The position numbers and the translations under genes are program-made. Source: Octopus vulgaris (lineage: Eukaryota). Taken from it: a stretch of DNA of 64,000 nt. A model generated the notes under the pieces. The model saw only the letters and a program-made list of their open reading frames with translations. It searched no databases and was not told the origin of the DNA. The number at the start of each line of letters is the position of its first letter. Position 1 is the first letter of the stretch. Where the stretch lies: positions 85,684,001 to 85,748,000 of the forward strand of contig OX597824.1 of the NCBI GenBank assembly GCA_951406725.2. The letters run 5' to 3'. This document shows, piece by piece, positions 13,564 to 26,914 of the stretch.

Positions 13564-16500
13564 ATATGTTTGTGTGTCTGTGTTTGTCCCCCCAACATCG
13601 CTTGACAACTGATGCTGATGTGTTTACGTCGCTGTAACTTAGTGGTTCGGCAAAAGAGACCAATAAAATAAATGCCAGGCTTACAAAGAATAAGTCCTGG
13701 GGTCGATTTGCTCGACTAAAGGCGGTGCTCCAGCATAGCCACAGTCAAATGATTGAAACAAGTAAAAGAGTAGGGTTAAGGATCCCATAACGGAAAAATA
13801 GATACTTGGCAGGTAAAGACAGTAATTGTTCAAGTCCTTAAAAGGAGTTTATACTTTGCTTTGGAGTAAAAGATTAACATAGATAAAATAAACTCTGACC
13901 ACGTTAAAATGAAAATGGAAAGCTGTCTTTACTCACTGAGCAAGGACGAGACCATTACTGATGAGGTTTTTAAATGGTGGTTTTCCAAACAGAAGGGTGG
14001 ACAAGACCAACAGTGTGTAGAACCTGTGAGAAAAAAATAAAACATCACATGAATAAACTATTAGGTATAAGTATGTTTTTTAAATAATGGCATCGCTAAA
14101 TACAGTACCTTCCAATATATTATTTTCCATGCTTAAATTCAAAGAGTTAATCCATAATGTAATCAATTTTTATAGATTTAATTCAAAGAACTAATCAAAT
14201 TTTCCCAATATGAAATTCAATGAGCTAGGTGCAGGCATGGCTGTGTGGTTAAGAAGCTTGCTTTCGGACCATGTGGTTTCAGGTTCAGTCTTACTGCCCA
14301 GCATGCTGGCCAAGTGTTTTCTAATATAGCTCCAGATTGACCAAAGCCCTGTGAGTGAATTTCGTAAGCAGAAACTGAAAGAACCCAATTGTGTATATAT
14401 AACTTTATATATAAGTGTGTATGAAATGGAAATCGAACCAAATTCGATGACTGGCACCCATGCCAACACTAAACTCTGCTTGCAAAGACCTATTGGGGCA
14501 AGTGAAATCAAAATTGAAACAAATTTGATGACTGGCACCCATGCCAGTGGAGCGCTAACAGCTCCATCTGAGCGGGATCACTGCCAGAGCAGCTGTCTGG
14601 CTTCTGTGCTGGTGGCATGTAAAAAGCACCATTTGAGCGTTATCATTACCAGTGTCGCCTTACTGGCACTTATGCCAGTGGCACGTGAACAAAACATTTG
14701 AGTGTGGCCCTTGCCAGTAACCGCCAGACTGACCCTCGTGCCGGTGGCACGTAAAAGCACCCACTACACTCTCAGAGTGGTTGACGTTAGGAAAGGCATC
14801 CAGCTGTAGAAACTCTGCCAGATCAGATTGGAACCTGGTGCAGCCATCTGGTTCGCCAGCCCTCAGGAAGATGAGGGGGGAGGGGGGAGTTATACATATT
14901 TCCATCAATGCCAACCCATCCTATACTGAGCTATGTGAATATTAAGTAGCTAGCATCTGTTAAATTAATCTTTAAACTTGTTTTGAGATCAGATCACACA
15001 TTATTACACACACCAACATCAAAGAGCCTGAATGTATATCCTGGAATGAACGAATGAGAAATAGTGGAGGTTAATAACACTTGAACCTTCTATATGCACA
15101 CTGAAGATCTGAGCAGAAATTAATTTTAGCACTGACCTATTGGAATGTTCATTAAGAACAAAATATCTGATGAAGCTAATGTTCATAATTACGCTATATT
15201 GATTTTTTTTAAAAATCCAACCTTCCCCACTCACCTCCCCACATACACACAAGTGCGTGTTCACAGACACACACTCAATCTTTTGATTATGTATTTGTCA
15301 AAAACTGAGCCATCAACAAACACAGCTACTTCAAGAACCACTGCTATAGACAACAAATCACAAGTCATCATAGAAAGATTCTGTGTGGTCACTCGATTTG
15401 CAAGAAATAGCAGCCAGATCTCTCTCAAATCAGACTGGGAACACATGGAAAGAATCTACTAGACAATATAACTGTAATTACAAGAGGAGATGGTCACAAC
15501 AAAATTCACCACCATCACTACAACCATGCCCACCACAACAGCAACAGCAGCCGTTCAAGAATTTGGACCTGGAGATCTTCATCTCCAGCGACTCCAAGGG
15601 CCACCTCCCACTGGTGGTGGGCGTCAATGAAGAGCCCTCGACTACAACAAGATGACCGAAGTTTGTTTTTTTTTTTTTCCAAGGTCTGGGGTCTCCCACC
15701 CCTAAGCCCTAGACCATCACCTAATCACCCTTACCCATCATGTTGCTTAACAACAACAACAACAGCAATCTTTTACTTGTTTTAGTCATTGGACTATGGC
15801 CATGCTGGGGCACTGCCTTAAAGGGTTCAGGTAAGCAAATCAACTCCAGCACTTATTTTTCTGAGTCTGATACTTATTCTGTGTTTTTTGTTGAACTGCT
15901 AAGTCACAGGGACATAAACAGGCATTGGTGTCATTACTCCAACACACATGTACATACACGTGCACACCTACGCATACATATATGATGAGCTTCCACACAG
16001 TTTCTTAATTCTTTATTGCCCACAAGGGGCTAAACTTAGAGGGGACAAACAAGGACAGACAGAGGGATTAAGTCGATTAGACTGACCCCAGTGCATAACT
16101 TGTACTTAATTTATCGACCCCGAAAGGATGAAAGGCAAAGTCGACCTCGGTGGAATTTGAACTCAGAACGTAGTGGCAGACAAAATACCGCTAGGCATTT
16201 CGCTTGGTGTGCTAACGTTTCTGCCAGCTCACCGCCTGTTTCTATCAACCAGATTCACTCAAAAGGCATTGGTTAGCCTGGCGTTATAGTAGAAGTCACT
16301 TTCACTCAAGGTGCCATTTAGTGGGACTGAACCAAAAATCATGTGGTCACAAAACAAGCTTCTTAACCACACAGCCATGCCAGAGAAAGATTAATAACAT
16401 TGTAATTGTTATGATAGTCCACTTACCATCCACGTGTCTGATCAATTCCTTCAGCAATGAAGTCAGCTGGAAACGTCTCGTGAAACACCTTTTTGTTCTC

Positions 16501-19500
16501 GAAAGGATAATGCACCTGGGCGTAGGGCATGCAGCCACTCTCGAACCAGCAGTCAAACACTTCCGGCACACGCCGAAGCACTCCTTTGCCTTGTTTGGAT
16601 GGGATTGTTAGATGGTCAATGCTACAGAATAGAAAAATAAAAAAGACATGATGCACAGGTCGTGTCATAAAGAAGGCAAATCACACACCTACATATACAA
16701 ACATCATACACAAAAAGACACTCACACACACAAATGCAAACAAATTCACAAACAAATAGATGAATACATATACAATACACACACACACACACACACATAC
16801 AAGTTTCCCATCTGACTAACAAAACCGTCTGCACCTACCTCTCTCTGTGGATGTCAGAGACGACTGTTCCAGTGAGCTCTTCTAATTCTTTACGGCTACC
16901 AATACAGACAACCTACAAAAAACGAAAATGACCATAGTAGTGATTGGCTGTTCCTAGAAATATCTTTCATGGTGGCAAGCTGGCAGAAATGTTAGCATGC
17001 CGAGCGAAATGCTTAGCGGTATTTCGTCTGCCGCTACGTTCTGAGTTCAAATTCTGCCGAGGTCAACTTTGCCTTTCATCCTTTCGGGGTCTATTAAATA
17101 AGTACCACTTACGCACTGGGGGTTGATATAATTGACTTAACCCTTTCATTATCAACCCGGCTGAAACCAGCTCTGGCTCTGTAGTACAAATGTCTTGTTT
17201 TCATAAGTTTTGAATTAAAATCTACCACCAAACCTTAGTCACAATTTATGTTCCTAACACTAGCTGAATGATAACTAAGTTATTTTACTAAATTCTTTGT
17301 TATATTTAAAATAATTGAAAGAAACACAGAGCATCTCAAAATAAATACAGTAACGAAAGGGTGTAATCCATTTGTCTGTCCTTGTTTGTCCCCTCTGTGT
17401 GTAGCCCCTTGTGGACAGTAAAGAAATAAGAAATATCTTTCATGAAGGTGTGAAACAGAGTTCACCACCAGACACTGGAGGAAGAGTGAGGGTCTATAGA
17501 AAATTAAAAAAGTTGGACGTAATGAACAAGATCACAGTAATCTTAAAAGCTGGTCATGTGAGATGATACACAATCATGGAACATTGGAAGCCAGAACCTT
17601 GCAGCTACAATGATATATCATCATCAACCCATGGTCATTAGTCTCAAGTCCTGGGATTCATTTGGCCAGTCACCCAGTCTCCATGGCACAAAAGTGACTG
17701 AGAGCAGAACATTCCCACTGGATGGGATGCTAGTCCATAGCAGGGTTGCTCGTTTAACAGCTGAGTGGACGGGAGCGATGTGAAATGAAGTGTTTTGCTC
17801 AAGAACACAATGCACTGCTAGGTCCAGCAATCAAAGCCATCATCTTGTACACACAAGTGCAACATCCTAACCATGAGACCACATGGCTTCTACAATGATA
17901 TAGGGTTCAGGTATTTAGATGGTTGACACACACCTAAAGGGATGCAGAACAAAGCAAGTTTAAAATGTTTGAGATCTGATAAAATAAGAACTAAACCATG
18001 GACTGGGGACAATATAATTTATCAAACTTCTTTGAAGGTGATGTCACAGCATGGTGCCAGTTCATGGTGAAGGCGGCGAGCTGGCAGAAACGTTAGCATG
18101 CCGGGCGAAATGTTTAGCAGTATTTCGTCTGCCGCTATGTTCTGAGTTCAAATTCCACCGAAGTCGACTTTGCCTTTCTTCCTTTCAGGGTTGATTTAAG
18201 GTGGCGAGCTGGCAGAAACGTTAGCACACCGGGCAAAATGCTTAGCGGTATTTTGTCTGCCACTACGTTCTGAGTTCAAATTCCGCCGAGGTCGACTTTG
18301 CCTTTTATCCTTTTGGGGTCGATTAAGAGCGACAAGCTGGCAGATATGTTAGCACGCCGGGCGAAATGCTTAGCGGTATTCCGCCTGCCACTACGTTCTG
18401 AGTTCAAATTCTGCCAAGGTCGACTTTGCCTTTTATCCTTTTGGGGGTCAATTAAATAAGTAGCAGTTACGCACTAGGGTCGATATAATCGACTTAATCC
18501 ATTTGTCTGTCCTTGTTTGTCCTCTCTGTGTGTAGCCCCTTGTGGGTAGTAAAGAAATATAGTGCCAGTTCAATGACTGAAACCAGTAAAAGAATAAAAG
18601 AGTAAAAGAACATATGTTCCTAAATACCTCTTCACCATCATCACTGATCCACAGGGGTATTGGGGTCCCCCAGTATCTGTTCCTTGATACTGCCCAGTCT
18701 CTTGCATCTTTCAACCAGTTGGCAAATCGTTTCTCTTTCACAAAATCTGGAACCCTATTGAGAAAAAGAAATGAGAGACTTCTAGAAGGGTAAATGTAGT
18801 GTGTGTAAGTGTGGGGGTGATATTAAAAAGGCTAACTGAAGATGAGAAAGGAGAAATGGTAAGGTGTTGTCACAACCATGAAGTTAACAGTTAAGTGTTC
18901 TAATGCTGCTGTGCTTTAATAGAGTGGCACGTAAAAGCACCATCCGTTCGTGCCTGTTGCCAGCCTTGCCTGGCCCCTGTGCCGGTGACACATAAAAGCA
19001 CCATCCGTTCGTGGCCGTTTGCCAGCACTGTCTGGCCCCCGTGTCGGTGGCACGTAAAAGCACCAACCGTTCATGTCCGTTGCCAGCCTCGCCTGGCCCC
19101 CGTGCCAGTGACACGTAAAAGCACCATTCGTTCGTGGCCGTTTGCCAGCTCTGTCTGGCACCTGTGCGGGTGGCACGTAAAAAGCACCCACTACACTCAC
19201 GGAGTGGTTGGCGTTAGGAAGGGCATCCAGTCGTAGAAACACTGCCAGATCTGACTGGAGCCTGGTGCAGCCTTCCAGCTTCACAGACCCCAGTTGAACC
19301 GTCCAACCCATGCTAGCATGGAAAACGGACACTAAATGATGATGATGATGATGATAATGGTTGATAAGTTGAACAAAATTTCATACATACCAGTAGGTTT
19401 CTTGGTTGCATTTCAACAGATTTTCAGCATGTTCTGCTACTCTGATAAATGTACTTGGCACTGCTTTGTAGATTAATGGTGTATCAGACCTGAATTTTGA

Positions 19501-22500
19501 AGGATGAGAAAGAGAGACAGAGGAAAAAAAGAAGAGAGATTTAGAGTATTAGGAGAAACTGGTCACTTTTATCAGGCTTTCATCTGAAAGTTGAGAAGAT
19601 AGAAAGTTTTACCAAGACCCAGTCTGATAATTTTCTCAGCTATGATTATTATTATTTGTAACTCTCCAAGGAAGTCCTGCCTACAATTAGACCGTATTTA
19701 TCTATTCTAATACCATCTTCAATGTTAGTTTCGTTATTAAGGTCTGAACTAAGCCTCAACAGAAATGCAATGAAGAGTGAATGAGGGAGGTCTATGTGGA
19801 CAATTGGTTTGCTAGAAATAGCAACCAAGTTTCCCTCAAATGCACTCTACTAACTTCAAAAAGAACACAATGGACTATGCAGTCCTAGCTATACAAAGAG
19901 ATGATCTGGTGCTAAACAACACCAACAACAAAAGCAAAGATCTTCAAGGAAATGTCAAGGTCTTACCTCCAGCAGAAGGGGTAGTTGTGAGTGACTGTTC
20001 CTTGGTGCACCAGACGACCTTGGCTCTTCAGGTATTTGACAATGTCTTTATCAGCATCCTGGTGGGTGGAGAAATGGAGATGTGAAGTGAAGGTAAATAA
20101 AATGAAACCAATATCGTAAGAGTGTAACAATAAGGACAAAAATAAAAAAAAGGAGAGAAAAATGTTGGCGATAGAGGAAAAGGTGGGGTAGGGAAGGAAA
20201 AATGGCATGGAAACAACTGAAGACAAGTGAACATGCCAGAGCAACAGAAAGAGAGTAATGGTGGTGGTGGAGGATGAGGAGCAGCAGGAGGAGGAGGAGC
20301 TGCAGCAGGAGGAGGAGGAGGTATTAACCTTTTGCAGGTCAAAGCATTTTTGTAAGTTTATCCTAAAGGCCCATACATTTTTTCATCAAATTCGATGACT
20401 GGCATCCGTGCCAGGGGAGCGCTAAGATAACCATACAAGCGTGATCGTTGCCAGAGCAACAAGCTGGCCTCCGTGCCGATGGGTATGTAAAAAGCACCAT
20501 TCAAGCGTGATCGTTACCTGCGTCGCCTTACTGGCACTTGTGCTGGTGGCACGTGAAAAAAACATTCGAGCGAGGTCGTTGCCAGTGCCACTGGATTGGC
20601 TCCTGTGCAGGTGGTACATAAAAAGGACCATTTGAGCGTGGCCACTGCCAGTACCGCCTGACTGGCCCTCGTGCAGGTGGCACATAAAAGCACCCACTCT
20701 CAAAGTGGTTGGCATTAGGAAGGGCATTCAGCTGTAGAAACTCTGCCAGATCAGATTGAAATCCGGTGCACGGTGCAGCCATCTGGTTCGCCAGCCCTCA
20801 GTCAAATCATCCAACTCATACTAGCAAGGAAAGCAGACGTTAAACGATGATGATGATGATGATGATGATGATGTCACTTGTTTCATATGTTTAGAGTAAC
20901 ATAAAGCATTTTTTTTCATGAGTCCCAAGTTACTCTGGTGGTTGTAAAACATTGCTTATGTATATCATATAAAATGCATAAACATCTGGCTTGACACAGC
21001 TACTTATGCTTTGTGGGTATATTTAACAGGGCCTTCTCGGTTGCAACATTTGGTGCAGACTGACTCCTCGCTTCCTATTTCCATCCAGACATTTACTTTC
21101 AGTTGTTCAGTTCAAACCCTATGTTAATCTCACAAGTCTTGGAGGGTTTACAGTGAAGGACATGGGAACTGTTGCTTTCTCTTTGGACTAACTTATCAAT
21201 GAAACCAACACCTACCTTGATATAGATTCCTTTGTAGTCTGTCACTTCACTGGTGAATCGTCCACAAGCATCCACAGGACAGATGCTTGGCATGTCTTTG
21301 GTGATGAGCCCATAACTGGAACACACTCGGTAATCATCCTGTGAGGAGGAGAGGAGTAAAGAATAACAACACATATATTACCAAAATGTTTAAGACCGGA
21401 CACAACAGACGTAAACTTGAAGATAAAAAATGTTCTCTAAATTAATTTTTTTCTCAACATTTGAACAAATTGTAACTACTCCAGTTGCCCCAACAACATA
21501 TTGTTTATTAATTGTCAATTTTTGTTCATCCAATCAGGGAGCATGATTCTGTCATATGACAGTTTCCTTGATCTTGACTTATTAACAATGGTATTGACCC
21601 CAGTTTAAGGCGGCGAGCTGGCAGAATCGTTAGCAGACCGGGCGTAATGAGTAGCCATATTTCATCTGCCGTTACGTTCTGAGTTCAAATTCCACCGAGG
21701 TCAACTTTACCTTTCATCCTTTCGGGGTCGATTAAATAAGTACCAGTTATGCACCAGGGTTGATATAATCGACTTAATCCGTTTGTCTGTCCTTGTTTGT
21801 CCTCTCTGTGTTTAGCCCCTTGTGGGTAATAAAGAAATAGGTATTGACCCCAGTTGGCTCAACATTTTTTATTAAGAGTGTATTTTTGCTCAGCCAAACA
21901 TGTGATGCGATTCTGTCATGTGACATTTTCCTACTCCAACATTGTTTTTCTTTAAGCTTACACCTATTTATCCAATCATCTTTCATTGACTCTCTCAGGT
22001 GACATTTTATAAATTGTCCCCTTTCATGGATTTATTCTTTTTTACCGCATCATGCTTGTCTTGTCCATTTGTCCACCATGGACAACTGGGATTACTGTTT
22101 ACCATTTCGCATTTCACTTTTGAATTATTGCAATATTTGTCATTCGTTAATAAAATCATTATCTGAGCACAATATCATTATTTGTTTCTGTGTTATAACA
22201 CAAATGAGGAAGTACAAGCCATAACTCACCTCTCCAAAATAGGGAGCTTGCTGTACAACTCCAGTACCACTCTCAGCAGATACGTAACCATCACACAACA
22301 CCTGGAAGCAGCCGGTTTTTTCTCTCATCTAAAAGAAGAAAAAATAACAAATGACAAGAAAACAACAATAATAACAATTTTTCATATTGAAGTTAAAACA
22401 ACAAATTTATTGCAAAGAGTGGGAGGGTTAGAAGTCAATTGAACTAAACACTCAGAGCATAAGTATCATAGCACCTCATTAACCCTTTCATTACCAACCC

Positions 22501-25500
22501 GGCTGAAACTGGTTCTGGCTCTGACTACAAATGTCTTGTTTTCATAAGTTTTGAATTAAAATCTTGCCACCAAAACTTAGACACAATTTATGTTCCTAAC
22601 ACTAGCTGAATGATAACGAAGTTATTTTACTAAATTCTTTGTTATATTTAAAGTTGAAATATTTAAAATCGAAATCAAATTCGGTGATGGCATCTGTGCT
22701 AACCATACGAGTGAGATCGTTGCCAGAGCAACAAGCTGGCCTCTGTAACGATGGGCACGTAAAAAGCACCATTCGAGCATGATCGTTACCTGCGTCACCT
22801 TACTAGCACTTGAGCTAGTGGCACGTGAAAAAACATTTGAGCAAGGTCATTGCCAGTGCCACTGGACTGGCTCCTGTGCAGGTGGCACATAAAAAGCACC
22901 ATTTGAGCATGGCCATTGCCAGTACCGCCTGACTGGCCCTCGTGTCGGTGGCATGTAAAAGCACCCACTACATTCTGAGTGGTTGGCTTTAGGAAGGGCA
23001 TTCAGCTGTAGAAACTCTGCCAGATCAAGACTGGAGCCTGGTGCAGCCATCTGGTTCGCCAGACCTCAGTCAAATCATCCAACCCATGCTAGCATAGAAA
23101 GCGGACGTTAAATATGTACAGGGGTTGATAGGATCAACCTCACCATACTTATCTAACCAAATCGCCTCAAGGCAGAGTCCCAGCATGCCCATCATCCAAT
23201 GACTGAAACAAGCAAAAGATAAAATCTGAATATTAAATGACTGACAACTGGAGAAAAAATTTGCAATTAATTATATTTTGTAAATTATATCTCATTAGCC
23301 CATTCACCTGTCAAGAGAAAAGCTTAAACTCATATGATGGTAAAACAACAAGTGGTTGGTTACGACAAGAGTATGTATGTGTTTGTGTGTGTGCTTGTGC
23401 GTGTGGGTGAGGGGCTGTGCATGTGTGTGTTTGAGAGTGTATGTGTTGTGTGAGAGTGTTGTGTGTGTGTGTGTGTGTGTTATGTATTAGATATATGTAA
23501 AAGACAATGATAAGTGTGTGTGTGTGTACATACATACATTCATACCCTCACACACACACACACATACATACACACATGCACAATACAGTAACAGAAGTTT
23601 ATGAGTAAAGTGGAACAAAGTTATGAAGTTAATTCAGAATTCATTGAAAATCAATAAACATCTGAGAATGTTTTATGATAGAATGATGATACAGGTGTGA
23701 CAGTCATGAAATAAGTGATGCTGAAACAGCTTTGAATCACAGCTGATGCAATCATCAACCACAGCTGGGAAAATTTACATCAAGAACAGGCCTAGCTCTT
23801 TGTCAGTTATGGCAACAAGTGTTCTAGTTGATCTGATCAATAGAACAGCCTGCTCATAAAATTAATGAACAAGTAGCTGAGCATTCCACAGACACGTGTA
23901 CCCTTAATGTACCTAAAGGCGGCGAGCTGACAGAAACGTTAGCACGCCGGGCGAAATACATAGCGGTATTTCATCTGCCGTTATGTTCTGAGTTCAAATT
24001 CTGCCGAGGTCGACTTTACCTTTCATCCTTTCAGGGTCGATAAATTAAGTACCAGTTACGCACTGGGGTCGATGTAATCGACTTAATCCCTTTGTCTATC
24101 CTTGTTTGTCCCCTCTGTGTCTAGCCCCTTGTGGGTAGTAAAGAAATAGGTATTTCGTCTGCCGTTACGTTCTGAGTTCAAATTCTGCCGAGGTCGACTT
24201 TGCCTTTCATCCTTTCAGGGTCGATAAATTAAGTACCAGTTACGCACTGGGGTCGATGTAATCGACTTAATCCCTTTGTCTATCCCTGTTTGTCCCCGCT
24301 GTGTTTAGCCCCTTGTGGGCAATAAAGAAACATGTACCCTTAATGCTTTAGCATTCAGATTATTGTCAAATGCAAAGCTTATTTATTCATATTGTTTTGA
24401 ATTGATCATGCTTTATCTCAGAGCTTTCAGAATTTGATGAAGTGATTGTTTATTTTTAGAATAACGTCGTAAGGTAGATTTAAGAGGCTGGATCTGATGA
24501 ATTTGGACATGAAATCGGTAGAATATGTGAGCCCTATATTCTGGTTTAAATACTAAAGGGTTAAGGTAGTTCCCAGGGAGATTCAGCATGATGGCCCTTT
24601 GAATTACAGGTACAGCTCATTTTTACCAGCTGAGTAGACTGGAGTAACGTGAAATAAAGTGTCTTGCTCAAGGACACCATATGCAGCCAGGAATCGAACT
24701 CGTGACCATACGATCACGAGCCCAAAACCCTAAGTACTAAACCACGTGCCTTCACTACATCAACAACAACAAAACAACAAACAAGCTCAACTTACATATC
24801 CAAAATAAGTAAACAATGGTTTGTATTTCTTTCCTTCCAGAGTTTTGCCCTTGAACCTAGAAAGATAAATAATAATAATAAACTTGTAAATTAATTAAGT
24901 AGATGATTAATAAGGTTAGTGAGACTAATTTTAATGAACATACAAACTTGGACTTAAAACATCGTGAAATATTATTTAGTTGGAGAAATAGTTGAGTGAA
25001 TGAATGCCAGGCTGTGTGATTGATGTAGGACAACTGGGATTTCATATCAGGAGGAGAAAGGTCACCATCACCACCAGGATTCTAACAACCACTTTTCCAT
25101 GCTTGCATGGCTGGCTAGCCCCATCAGGAGCATAAGGCTGGATTCCTGGTTTCGCTGGTGTATGCATTCTATTTCTTTATTGCCCACAAGGACAGACAAA
25201 CGGATTAAGTTGATTATATTGATCCCAGTGCGTAACTGGTACTTATTTAATCGACCCTGAAAGGATGAAAGGCAAAGTCGACCTCAGCAGAATTTGAACT
25301 CAGAATGTAGCGGCAGACGAAATACCTATTTCTTTACTACCCTCAAGGGGCTAAACACAGAGGGGACAAACAAGGACAGACAAACGGATTAAGTCAATTA
25401 TATCATCCCAGTGCGTAACTGGTACTTATTTAATCGACCCCGAAAGGATGAAAGGCAAAGTCGACCTCGGCAAAATTTGAACTCAGAACGTAGCAGCAGA

Positions 25501-26875
25501 CGAAATACCGCTCAGCATTTCGCCCGCCATGGTAATGATTCTGCCAGCTTGCTACCTTACGTATGCATTCCTCTCTAGGACTGGATGCTGGTCTGTTACA
25601 GGATTACTCATGTCTATCACCTGAGTGAACCGCAGCAATTTGAAATTAAGTGTTTTTTGCTCAAAAACACAATGCATTGCCCCATCCAGGAACTGAAACC
25701 ACAATCCTTATGATCACAAATCCAACACCCTAATAAACTAAGCCATGTGCCTCCACTTTATTCGCAAGGGTCAGACAGAATTTGTTGAGGTAGATTTTCT
25801 CTGGTAAGATGCCCTTCTTGTTGTTAACCATCAGTTTTCAAGTGAGGTAATACTTCACTATAGCCAGACAAGTTTAACCAAAATATTATGTTTGTTCCTT
25901 CTCGAGACATGCCTGGCTCATAAGAGCTGGTTTCCCGGTTTCTTGGCGTATAGATTCCCCACATGGACGGGACGCCAGTCCGTCGCAGGTGAGCTGCAAG
26001 ATGCAGGAGGAAAGAGTGAGAAAAGTTGTGGCGAAAGAGTCAGCAGAAGTTTGCCATTACCTTCTGCCGGAGCCACATGGAGCTTAGATGTTTCGCTCAT
26101 AAACACACACATCGCCCAGTCTGAGATTCGAACCCGCGATCCCTTTACCGCGAGTCCGCTGCTCTAACCACTAGGCCATGTGCCTCCACTAATTAAACTA
26201 GGGGAAATGAATGACACTGCTTGCATAACAGTGACACTCATCTACAACTATCACACAAAGCCAAGACAAGGAGACACAAGCATACATCATTCACACACAT
26301 ATATACTTATATACGTATAATTTACTTATTGTAGGTTTACTATTAATACTGATATGGGTGTACATAGATTTATGTGTTTCTTGTTATAGTTTAACTTTAA
26401 AGTTTGTGTTTAATCCTGCCAATATTTAGATTGAATACTGTTGGACATAGGGTAAATGTGTTTGAGAGTTGTGTTTTTTTTTTTTTTTTTGGTATATGTT
26501 TGTTCCCAAACAACACTTCTTTTACAGCTGTTGACACCGACAGATTGAGTGGTACTGCCCGGGTGTCGAAACCATAATGATATCCATGGGGGCAGCTGAT
26601 GATGGAGGCGTGTTGGATTGTTGGTATGGCTGTTATTGTATGTGCGGAATAGTTTTATAAGACATCCTTTTGATATAAATATATGACAGGCTTCTTTCAG
26701 TTTTCCATTACCTGATTCACTTGAAAGGCTTTGGCTGGCCTAGGGTTATGGAAGAAGATACTTAAAGTGTCATGCAGTGGGACTGAACCCAAAACCATGT
26801 GCTTGGGAAGCAAACTTCTTAACTACACACCCATAGCTGTGCCTGTAAAAACCACAGCTGGTCAAATCAACAGTC

Positions 26876-26914
<39 letters not shown>

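Noticed and set aside
16531-16533. Ser to Cys in FESGCMPYA
   Set aside because: Conservative single substitution; not enough to claim a functional effect.
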